Below, piece by piece: positions 7,949-15,749 of a stretch of DNA of 51,518 nucleotides (the stretch's first letter is position 1; every line of letters begins with the position of its first letter). Source of the stretch: a virus (lineage: Duplodnaviria; Caudoviricetes); IMG/VR virus record IMGVR_UViG_3300017960_000020, positions 1 to 51,518 of that record. One strand, given 5' to 3'. The position numbers and the translations under genes are program-made. Under the pieces are notes generated by a model. That model was not told the origin of the DNA, made no database searches, and saw only the letters and a program-made list of their open reading frames with translations.

Positions 7949-8707
7949 TTGACGACGCGACCTGCAACGATCCAGCGGGCTCTCTGCACCGTCGAGGGCT
8001 GCGACCGCTACCGCCACGCGCGGAAGCTCTGCCAGATGCACTACATGCGCTGGCGGCGCGGAGGCGGGCGCCCAGAGCGTGTTGGAGGTCCGGCGATCCG
8101 CACCAAGGCCGTCAGCCTCAGCGCGGAGCACCAGACCCCAGAGCGGATCCGCCAGCTCTCCCGCTGGGTCTGCCACCTGGGCGAGCGCTTCTTCGCCAAG
8201 TCGAGCACCCGCGGTCGCGTGCTGCTGGTCAGCCGCTACGGGCTCCTGGAGATCGGACGCCCGACCCTCCAATCCATGCGCCAGCGCGGCTTCGTCGAGG
8301 TCACCAAGACCGACGTGCGCCCCGGCGTCAACCAGATCGAACTCACCCCAGCCGGGCGTAACGCCCTACCGAACTTCGCCCCCACCCCCGTCGACCCCAT
8401 GGACACCAAGTTCCACTGCCTGTCGGACGTGCTCTGCGCCGGCGCCCCGCCCGACCCGAAGAAGGTCGACCGCTACTTCGCCAACGGCTACGTGAAGCCC
8501 CGGGGCGCGTCACGGGACCCGATCTCGGACGGCTTCCTGGGGACGCTGTTCCTGCGCGTCGGCGACGAGTGGCGCGAGGTCGCTGCGCTCCAGGAGGTCG
8601 GAGACGAGATGCTCTGGCACATCGACGGCGCGGACGGCGAGCCGGAGGCGATGCACGCGGATCAGGTGGTCGAGCGGTATTTGGGGATGAAGGAGCTGGC
8701 CGAGTGA
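7949..8707 (+). CDS. Putative DNA-binding protein (N-terminal Cys/His zinc motif plus MarR-like winged-helix segment)
   Basis: CTVEGCDRYRHARKLCQMHYMRWRRG; LQSMRQRGFVEVTKTDVR...IELTPAGR. Start codon uncertain (TTG). Confidence 0.55.
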   Translation: MTTRPATIQRALCTVEGCDRYRHARKLCQMHYMRWRRGGGRPERVGGPAIRTKAVSLSAEHQTPERIRQLSRWVCHLGERFFAKSSTRGRVLLVSRYGLLEIGRPTLQSMRQRGFVEVTKTDVRPGVNQIELTPAGRNALPNFAPTPVDPMDTKFHCLSDVLCAGAPPDPKKVDRYFANGYVKPRGASRDPISDGFLGTLFLRVGDEWREVAALQEVGDEMLWHIDGADGEPEAMHADQVVERYLGMKELAE

Positions 8708-9102
8708 GTTCCGGCCCCGCCCAGGCGCACCTGTCCAAGGCGCTGGCCCACGTCCTGACGCACGAGACGGCCGAGGCGATCCACGCCACCAGCGCCGCCC
8801 TCGACGCGCTGTACGACGAGCTGGGCGCCCCGCTCGAGTTCGACTTCCAAGCCCCCTACCAGGGCGAGGTCCCCAGGGAGCACCTGCTGCTCCGACTTCC
8901 TCCGACGAGCCAAGACGTGCCCGAGCTCGGCGAGCGCCTGTCGGTCCCCGTGATCGACGGAGGCGAGTTGCAGCGCCTGACCGCCGTGGTGGCGGCCATG
9001 CAGGAGCGCGAGGTCAGCGGCGTGAAGGTGCTGCTCGTCGCGCTGGAGCCTGATCGAGAAAGCGAACCCGAACCCCAGAGCGGCGTGGCCGCCGTGAACT
9101 GA
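8704..9102 (+). CDS. Hypothetical protein
   Basis: GTGA overlap with the upstream stop; codon bias. Confidence 0.65.
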   Translation: MSSGPAQAHLSKALAHVLTHETAEAIHATSAALDALYDELGAPLEFDFQAPYQGEVPREHLLLRLPPTSQDVPELGERLSVPVIDGGELQRLTAVVAAMQEREVSGVKVLLVALEPDRESEPEPQSGVAAVN

Positions 9103-9104
9103 CC

Positions 9105-11393
9105 ATGGACGCCTTGACCTTGCCTGAACCCCTCCAGACCACCATCGAGCCCCAAGACGGCCCGATGTTGCTGCGAACCGTCGTCCCTGTCCCGAAGGGC
9201 GCCCCGCCCAACTTGGCGTTTGAGCGTGGCGGCAAGGTCGTCACGACTTCGGCGGTGCCTTGCCGGTTCGACGGTGAGGGGAACCCACTGGCGTACAAGC
9301 TGACCGCGGCGAGCCCGGCGGGGTCGATCGAGGATGAAGTCCGGGTGGTGGCGGCTGGGCACCTGCCGCCGGCGAACGTGAAGGTCCACCCGCAGACCTG
9401 GGATCTGGTGAAGGGGGGCGGGATCGAGTTGACCTACGACGTGCAGGACGCCGGCGCATCTGTGGAGCACACCCACAACCTGCTGGCCCCGACCGAAGAG
9501 TTCGCCGAGGTCGCGCACCAGGTGTCCACCGACTACACCTGGGGCCGCATCGGCCGCGAGGTCAGCCGAGAGATGGTCCGGGGCCTCGGCTGCCGCGCTT
9601 GGCTGGCGGCCTACACGGACCTCCCGATCGTCGAGCTGTCGCTGGTGATCTCCAACGGGGCACCGGGGGCGGTGACGGAGGACTTCGGCGATCTGGCGCT
9701 CAAGCTGCCCGAAGGCTGGACCGCCGCCCTTGCGCTGAACACGCCGCAGATCAGCGTGGTCGGGAACGTGATCGACCTGGTCTCCGACACGAGCCTGCCG
9801 GAGTCGACCACCCTCCCCCAGCTCCACGAGATCCACCTCCGCGCCATCATCTGCCCGATCGACTGGCTGGAGGCCGCCCAGGCCATCGCTCGAGGCGTCG
9901 GCTGGGGCGTGGCGCACGGACCCTGGAGCTACTTCTCGGAGCAGACGCCCTGGTACACGGCGCATGGGATGCGGTTGCCGAGCGCGGATGAGCTGCCGAC
10001 GAGCCTCGACCCGGCCTTCATCGTCCAGACTCGCTGGGCCGATCGGGCTGCGGCGCTCGCTGGGGGCATCAAGGCGGACGAGACCAGCCCCGGCCCCCTC
10101 GGCTTCGGCGCCCCGCTTGGCGGACCTGACGGCGGCTTCGGCGGCGGCGAAGGGCTCCACGTCATCCCGTACCCCGAGTGCGCGATCGCCGGAACGCGCA
10201 AGGGCCTCCAGTACCTCCGCGCCGAGCTCTACGGCCAGCTCTCCCGCGGCACCGGGCACCTCTACGACGTGGGCGGTCTGCCGATGGACCTGGACGCCTA
10301 CGCGGACGAGCACGACGGGCACCTATTCAACTACCACCTGCCCCGCCGTGGACCGTTGGGCCACGAGTGCTTCCCCCCCGGCTACGACAAGAAGAACGAC
10401 CCGCTGGGCTTCAAGGCCTCGGAACCGGACCCCCCGGACTCCAAGCTCCACGGCTACGGCTGCGTAGACGAGCAGCACGGGACGCGCTTGGTCTCGTCGG
10501 CGGTCGCCCTGGCGGCGCTGGACGCGGATCCGATCGCGATGCACACGCTGCAAGCGAGGGCTGTGGCGGTCCGGGCGAGTCAGTGGGATGGCAAGGGGGG
10601 GCAGTACGCGGCGGAGTTGACGTACCTGACGAACCTGGCGATCGAAAACCACGGCGAGGGCGGGCCGGTCAACCGCCGGGAGGCCTGGAACCTATGGACT
10701 CTTGCTGAGGCCCAGGCGCGCGGCCTTGGGGACTTCGATCAGTGGTGTGGAAAGCTCGGGACCGTGTTGAGCCTCCTGATGACTTCGGACGGCCAGTTCG
10801 GGCGAAAGCACACCGGCAGCCCCGCCAAGGAAGTCTCGCCTGAGGGAGCATCGAAGCTGCGAGGCATCAACAGCCCGTGGGGTGACGCTCTGATTGGGTG
10901 CGCGCTCCGTGCGAGCGAGGCTTCCCGCTATGACGTGCCGGCCGAGGCGACCGATCGGCTTGAGTACTCCCTCCGAGCCCAACTCTGGGCCTGGCCCGTC
11001 GGCTACAACGCCCCGCTCTACCGCCTCGCCATCGCCGACGAGAACCAGCAGCTCTACGACTCCCTGGGCGACGTCCCCGAAGACGGGATCGTCCGAAAGA
11101 AGAACGGCGACCTCCGCACAGACGACTTCTACCTGCCGGCGCTCCTCGCCATGGCAGTCCAGACCGGCATCGAGACATCGGACTTCGAGACCCTCCAGCT
11201 CGCCGCCCGCATCGCCCTGAAGCTCACCGGAGACGGGGACCTCATGCGCTACATCGAGCAGCGCGGGGTGGATCACCTTCGGATGACGGCCTACTTGGTG
11301 CCGTTGGCGAAGATCGCGCCCCCCGGGCTAATTCAGCAGTTGGGGAAGGAGGGGAAGGTTGCGGAGCCTGTGAAGGTGGGAGGGGAGGTTTGA
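9105..11393 (+). CDS. Large hypothetical protein (762 aa), possibly carbohydrate-active
   Basis: Long GC3-biased ORF. N-terminal TVVPVPKG...CRFDGEG loosely resembles the N-terminal barrel of PcRGLX-like lyases; aromatic/His-rich helical C-terminal half. Confidence 0.8.
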   Translation: MDALTLPEPLQTTIEPQDGPMLLRTVVPVPKGAPPNLAFERGGKVVTTSAVPCRFDGEGNPLAYKLTAASPAGSIEDEVRVVAAGHLPPANVKVHPQTWDLVKGGGIELTYDVQDAGASVEHTHNLLAPTEEFAEVAHQVSTDYTWGRIGREVSREMVRGLGCRAWLAAYTDLPIVELSLVISNGAPGAVTEDFGDLALKLPEGWTAALALNTPQISVVGNVIDLVSDTSLPESTTLPQLHEIHLRAIICPIDWLEAAQAIARGVGWGVAHGPWSYFSEQTPWYTAHGMRLPSADELPTSLDPAFIVQTRWADRAAALAGGIKADETSPGPLGFGAPLGGPDGGFGGGEGLHVIPYPECAIAGTRKGLQYLRAELYGQLSRGTGHLYDVGGLPMDLDAYADEHDGHLFNYHLPRRGPLGHECFPPGYDKKNDPLGFKASEPDPPDSKLHGYGCVDEQHGTRLVSSAVALAALDADPIAMHTLQARAVAVRASQWDGKGGQYAAELTYLTNLAIENHGEGGPVNRREAWNLWTLAEAQARGLGDFDQWCGKLGTVLSLLMTSDGQFGRKHTGSPAKEVSPEGASKLRGINSPWGDALIGCALRASEASRYDVPAEATDRLEYSLRAQLWAWPVGYNAPLYRLAIADENQQLYDSLGDVPEDGIVRKKNGDLRTDDFYLPALLAMAVQTGIETSDFETLQLAARIALKLTGDGDLMRYIEQRGVDHLRMTAYLVPLAKIAPPGLIQQLGKEGKVAEPVKVGGEV

Positions 11394-11451
11394 AGCCCCG
11401 CCCCTCCACCCTCCTCGTCTACACCCTCGCCCTAGCTCTGCTGGTCTGGGG

Positions 11452-11634
11452 GTGGGCGTGAACCCGGTCATAGTCCTGGCCACGGCCTGCCTTAGCGGCC
11501 TCGTCGGGTTCGCTCTCGGGGTGACCGCTTCGCGTGGCGCCCAGCGCGAGCGCGAGCGCATCAGGCCCGAGCGGTCTGGCGATCCTCTGATCGACTGGCA
11601 CCCCCTCGGAGAGGAGGAGGCGTCGGATGGGTGA
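11452..11634 (+). CDS. Small membrane protein
   Basis: Hydrophobic PVIVLATACLSGLVGFALGV; overlaps the next start. Confidence 0.55.
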   Translation: MGVNPVIVLATACLSGLVGFALGVTASRGAQRERERIRPERSGDPLIDWHPLGEEEASDG

Positions 11635-12265
11635 TTTTGGAAAGCTGACCTGGGGCGCGGGGCCCGTCGACCTCAACGACACCATCCGTCCGGTCCCGAT
11701 CGAGCCCGACTACCTGCTCACCAGCGAGCGCAGTCACCGCCGCCTCACCCGCGACGAAGCCCGCGGCTACTGCGCCCCCTGGCCGCCGTGGAGGCCCCCC
11801 AAACGTCTCCGATCCGCAAAGGGTCTCATGCGTGCCGGCATGGCCGCGCGGATGGCACGCGAGATCGAGGCGCACCTGCGGCAGCCTGGCGCCGTCCGTC
11901 GGCGCGAGCTGGTGGTCTTCGGCTACGACGCATACTGCCAGCGCTCCGCCTCCATCCACGGCCCAGACCCTTCGACCGCCATCGACCCCGAGGGCACGTA
12001 TCTCGTGGCGGCCCATGCCCGAGCCCGTCGAGGAGGTGAGGTCCAAGAGGCCCGCTCGAGCTTGCGTCCACTCCAGGTCGAGCCCGGCACCCGCCCCACC
12101 GAGGAGCAGATCGGGGAGCGCATCCCATTGGTCGCGTTGGACCTTGCCCAGGTCTTCGCCGGCAGCGCGATCCGCCCTGGTGGCTGGGAGTTCTTTCCGA
12201 CCGAGCCTGAAAGGTCGTTCCAGATCGAGGCTCCAGGCTGGAGGCAGACCGTATGGCGCAGCTGA
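11627..12265 (+). CDS. Hypothetical protein
   Basis: GGAGGAGG RBS upstream; codon bias. Confidence 0.7.
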   Translation: MGDFGKLTWGAGPVDLNDTIRPVPIEPDYLLTSERSHRRLTRDEARGYCAPWPPWRPPKRLRSAKGLMRAGMAARMAREIEAHLRQPGAVRRRELVVFGYDAYCQRSASIHGPDPSTAIDPEGTYLVAAHARARRGGEVQEARSSLRPLQVEPGTRPTEEQIGERIPLVALDLAQVFAGSAIRPGGWEFFPTEPERSFQIEAPGWRQTVWRS

Positions 12266-12486
12266 CGGACCTCCCCACTGGCATCCAACTCGGCCTCATC
12301 GCCGCCCCCCTCCTCGCGTTCGGCGCCGGCTGGGTCTGGGGGGAACTCTGCGGTTGGCGCGCGTCCTACCGCGCGATCGGCCCCCGCCCGCTGTTCTGGG
12401 CCTGCCCGCACTGCGGACACGCCAGACCGCTCTTCAGATGCGACCCCAAGCCTTCGGAGGCTTCCGCCAATGGCGACGCTACGTGA
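12253..12486 (+). CDS. Small membrane protein with CPHC motif
   Basis: GGAGG RBS; N-terminal hydrophobic segment; CPHCG. Confidence 0.6.
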   Translation: MAQLTDLPTGIQLGLIAAPLLAFGAGWVWGELCGWRASYRAIGPRPLFWACPHCGHARPLFRCDPKPSEASANGDAT

Positions 12487-12805
12487 GTTCCTGACCGAAT
12501 CTGGATTTGACTTCGCGGGTGGTCGCTTGATCGTCAGGCGAGACCGGGCCACCGGCCGGTACATCGAGGGCGATTACCACACACAAGCCGAGGACGGAGT
12601 CGAAGTCTCGATGGACGACCCGATTTTGGATGCTGAGTTCGATTCGGGATTTGGGGATGCGGAATGCCCGGCCTACGTCGCCGAGGACTCGAAGGCGCTT
12701 CACTTCCCCTACACATACGACGGCGCAACGGGCCCCACGAAGGTTCTGAAGGACCTGTCGCTGTATTTGCTACCCGAGAACAAGACCCCCTATCCCGGAG
12801 GCTGA
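12470..12805 (+). CDS. Hypothetical protein
   Basis: GGAGG upstream; protein-like composition (EFDSGFG...YTYDGAT...PYPGG). Confidence 0.75.
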   Translation: MATLREFLTESGFDFAGGRLIVRRDRATGRYIEGDYHTQAEDGVEVSMDDPILDAEFDSGFGDAECPAYVAEDSKALHFPYTYDGATGPTKVLKDLSLYLLPENKTPYPGG

Positions 12806-12808
12806 CCA

Positions 12809-13093
12809 GTGAACCGACGCCAACTCCTAACTCGCGCTTTAGGCGCCGTGGACTCGCTCTCGCTGTACGGGCCGGCGGCGGTTGCGCTCAAGCCTCGGCG
12901 ATCCGCTCCGTTCGCCGGGCGCCGCAGTGACATTGTCCTGATCGACGAGGCCGATCCATGCGCCAGCGCCTCGCTGGAGAGACTGCTTGGCCTGCTGGAG
13001 GAATACTCGTCGCAAGACTGGCTGGAGGCTGAGTTCAGGCTCTTTCAGTCCTACCACCAGTGGGCCGCCGGGCAGCCGGAGAGCCAGCTGTGA
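12809..13093 (+). CDS. Hypothetical protein
   Basis: GGAGG RBS, GTG start; twin-arginine-like NRRQLL N-terminus. Confidence 0.55.
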   Translation: MNRRQLLTRALGAVDSLSLYGPAAVALKPRRSAPFAGRRSDIVLIDEADPCASASLERLLGLLEEYSSQDWLEAEFRLFQSYHQWAAGQPESQL

Positions 13094-13290
13094 CCGACCC
13101 CCAGCCCAGCACCCAGCCGACGCGCCTCCCCGGCGTCCCAGCACCCAAGCAGCTCCTGCGAGGGCGACTGGTCAAGGAGCGGCCGGTGCCTGACTACCGC
13201 GCCCTGGCGGCCTTCATGGGCTGGTTCATCAGCCGCGACAGCACCTTCGCCGCCGCGCTCGCTCAGATCAGCCAGGAGCGCAGGCCGTGA
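13090..13290 (+). CDS. Hypothetical protein
   Basis: GTGA overlaps at both ends. Confidence 0.55.
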   Translation: MTDPQPSTQPTRLPGVPAPKQLLRGRLVKERPVPDYRALAAFMGWFISRDSTFAAALAQISQERRP

Positions 13291-13571
13291 CCCCCTCCCC
13301 TGCCCGCACCTGGATCCCCATCCACCCCCACACCGGGGGAGCGTCGAACCGCGCCCGCAGGCTGGCCGCCCAGCTCGAGGCCCGCGGCGGAGCGCTCTAC
13401 CGCAAGAACACCTCCACCCCTGGCGCCGCGTGGGCGATCCGCGCGCCTGGGATGATCGACACCGTCGCCCAGACCTTGCGGGAGGTTGAGGGGCTCCTGT
13501 TGACCACCAAAAAACCATGCCCGTCGCACACAAGCCCGACGACGAGACCAAGGACGTGGTCCGCGGCCTAG
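13287..13571 (+). CDS. Hypothetical protein
   Basis: GTGA overlap; its 3' end overlaps terS. Confidence 0.45.
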   Translation: MTPSPARTWIPIHPHTGGASNRARRLAAQLEARGGALYRKNTSTPGAAWAIRAPGMIDTVAQTLREVEGLLLTTKKPCPSHTSPTTRPRTWSAA

Positions 13572-13942
13572 CGCGCTCCGGCGTCCCCCACGTCGAGATC
13601 GCCAAGGCCCTGGAGATCACCAAGCCGACGCTCTACAAGCACTACTCCCAGATCCTGAAGCTGGGCGCGAAGTGGGCGGACGCCAAGGTCGTGAACGGCC
13701 TGTTTCACAACGCCACGGTCGAGGGCAACGTCACCGCCCAGATATTCTGGCTGAAGGCCCGCTGCGGCTGGCGCGACCGCGACCCGGTCCAGACCCACAT
13801 CCACGCCGGCGCCGAGTCAGCCGAGGGTAAGACGCTCATGTCCGCGCTCAAGGCCGCCAAGGAGTACAAGCCGGACGAGCAGGACGAGGAGTTCTTGCGG
13901 GCCCTGGAGAAGCGCGGCTCGGGAGATCCGGCCCGGAACTGA
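13517..13942 (+). CDS. terS: Terminase small subunit
   Basis: HTH IAKALEITKPTLYKHY, GNVTAQIFWLKARCGWRD; directly upstream of terL. Confidence 0.85.
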   Translation: MPVAHKPDDETKDVVRGLARSGVPHVEIAKALEITKPTLYKHYSQILKLGAKWADAKVVNGLFHNATVEGNVTAQIFWLKARCGWRDRDPVQTHIHAGAESAEGKTLMSALKAAKEYKPDEQDEEFLRALEKRGSGDPARN

Positions 13943-13945
13943 CCC

Positions 13946-15472
13946 GTGGCGGCGAGAGCCAAGAGGGCCAAGCGGCCCAAGAAGGCCCTGCCCGCGATCG
14001 ACCTCGAGCGGCTTGCGGAGGACATCCACAAGCCCGGAGAGGCCGGTGCGCGCGCGGCGTGGCGCCTTCAGAAGCTGATCCAACACGACCCGATCTGGGC
14101 CGCCAGGCGCCTGTACGGGATCAACCTCTGGGAGAAGCAGCGCGAGGGCCTGCGGATGATCTGGGACCACCCGCGGGTCGGGTGCCAGGCCGGCAACAAC
14201 GTCGGCAAGTCCTACTTCGCCGCCACCGCGGTCCACATCTGGATGTCCGCGTGGCCGGACGCCAAGGTCGTGACCACGGCGAACACCTGGGCGCAGGTGG
14301 AGTCCGTCCTGTGGTCTGAGATCGCGACGCAGCACGCCAACGCGCCCATCCCGATCGGCGGACGGATGCTGAAGACGGAGTTCCAGCCGAACTCCAACAT
14401 GCCCGGCTGGGTGGCCCTGGGGTTGTCCACGAACCGCTCAGACTCGTTCGTCGGCCGCCACGCGGAGCACCTGCTGGTAATCTTTGACGAGGCTCAGGGT
14501 ATCGAGGCGTCGTTCTGGGAGGCGGCGGAGACGCTGGCGAGCTCGGCCGGTTGCCGGATCTTGGCGATCGGGAACCCGGTGCGGCGTTCGGGGCAGTTCT
14601 ACGACGTCTGCCGCGGCAAGGTCCCGGGCTGGAAGTCGCTGCGGATCTCCTGCCTGGACCATCCGAACATCGTGCACGGCCGCGACCCGAAGACCGGGCA
14701 ACTGCCGATCCCGGCCGCGGTCTCCCCCGAGTACGTCGAGGGAAAGCGTCTGGAGTGGGGCGAGGACTCCCCCACCTGGATCGCCCGCATCGAGGGGCGC
14801 TTCCCGCCCGCCTCCGAGCGCGCGCTGGTGCCCGAGGATCTGCTGGATCGCCAGGCCCACGCCATCGTCGAGGGCCTCCCCGGCCGCCGCATGGGCGTCG
14901 ACGTGGCTCGCCACGGCTCGGACTCGAATGTCGCCGTGCTCCTCATCTACGGCCGCGTGGCCGCCGTGCACCGCTGGCGGGAGCGAGACCTGATGAAGAC
15001 CGCCGGCTTGGTCGTGCGCCTCATGCAGCGCTGGGAGGTCGCGCCCCGCCTGACCGGGATCGACGTGGGGATGGGGGCCGGCGTGATCGACCGTCTCCGC
15101 GAGTTGGGGCACCCCGTCTGCGAGATCGACTTCGGCGGCAAGGGCGGCCTGGGAGCCGAGGGGATGCACGCCCAGCTGGTCGGGGAGGACCGCCGCTTTC
15201 TCAATGCCCGGTCCCGGTACTTCTGGACGATCCGGGCGATGCTCGAGGCCAACATGCTCTCGATCCCGCGGCGCTGGGAGAAGCTGTGGCAAGATCTGGG
15301 AGCGCTGGAGTACGACTACAACGAAGCAGACGCGCTTTTCGTAACGTCCAAGAAGCAACTCCGCGAGATGCTTGGGCGATCCATTGACGACGCGGACGCT
15401 TTGGTGTGCGCTATAGCGGCTGGGCAAGAGGAGCGCGAGCGGGGGCCGCGCTTCGCCTTCCCGGCAGCGTGA
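13946..15472 (+). CDS. terL: Terminase large subunit
   Basis: Walker A AGNNVGKS, Walker B VIFDEAQG, ILAIGNP, nuclease MGVDVARHGSD and DDADAL. Confidence 0.95.
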   Translation: MAARAKRAKRPKKALPAIDLERLAEDIHKPGEAGARAAWRLQKLIQHDPIWAARRLYGINLWEKQREGLRMIWDHPRVGCQAGNNVGKSYFAATAVHIWMSAWPDAKVVTTANTWAQVESVLWSEIATQHANAPIPIGGRMLKTEFQPNSNMPGWVALGLSTNRSDSFVGRHAEHLLVIFDEAQGIEASFWEAAETLASSAGCRILAIGNPVRRSGQFYDVCRGKVPGWKSLRISCLDHPNIVHGRDPKTGQLPIPAAVSPEYVEGKRLEWGEDSPTWIARIEGRFPPASERALVPEDLLDRQAHAIVEGLPGRRMGVDVARHGSDSNVAVLLIYGRVAAVHRWRERDLMKTAGLVVRLMQRWEVAPRLTGIDVGMGAGVIDRLRELGHPVCEIDFGGKGGLGAEGMHAQLVGEDRRFLNARSRYFWTIRAMLEANMLSIPRRWEKLWQDLGALEYDYNEADALFVTSKKQLREMLGRSIDDADALVCAIAAGQEERERGPRFAFPAA

Positions 15473-15485
15473 GAATCCCCACGCC

Positions 15486-15749
15486 ATGTCTGAGAATCCC
15501 CGTCCCTCGCACCAAGGCTTCGCGCTCGTCCCCAAGTGGCGCACGACCATGGTGTACTCGACGGAGGTTCCCGGAGGGGAGGCAAGGGTGATCTTCGCGG
15601 AGTGCGACAAGACCGGGTCCTCCCTGGAGGGCTATCTGGAGCGCATCGGCGACGGCAAGTGGGATGGACAGCAGACGTTCATCGCCCCCGATGGTGCCAG
15701 GTTCAGCCACGAAGCTGACCTGATCGAGCACCTGCGTCGCCAACGATGA
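15486..15749 (+). CDS. Hypothetical protein
   Basis: Fills the terL-portal gap; ATGA overlap with the portal start. Confidence 0.6.
   Translation: MSENPRPSHQGFALVPKWRTTMVYSTEVPGGEARVIFAECDKTGSSLEGYLERIGDGKWDGQQTFIAPDGARFSHEADLIEHLRRQR

Noticed and set aside
7442-7989. ORFs spanning the structured intergenic region (7442..7801, 7488..7952, 7459..7989)
   Set aside because: No codon bias or motifs. Differences between the two repeat units preserve base pairing and include small indels, which favours an RNA role.
11341-11416. G-rich then C-rich tract at the end of the 762-aa gene as a G-quadruplex or ncRNA
   Set aside because: Best explained as an imperfect end-of-gene hairpin; no further support.
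12809-13093. Tat export signal and DIVLIDEAD as a Walker B motif
   Set aside because: The hydrophobic region after RR is weak and there is no Walker A; too little to assign a function.
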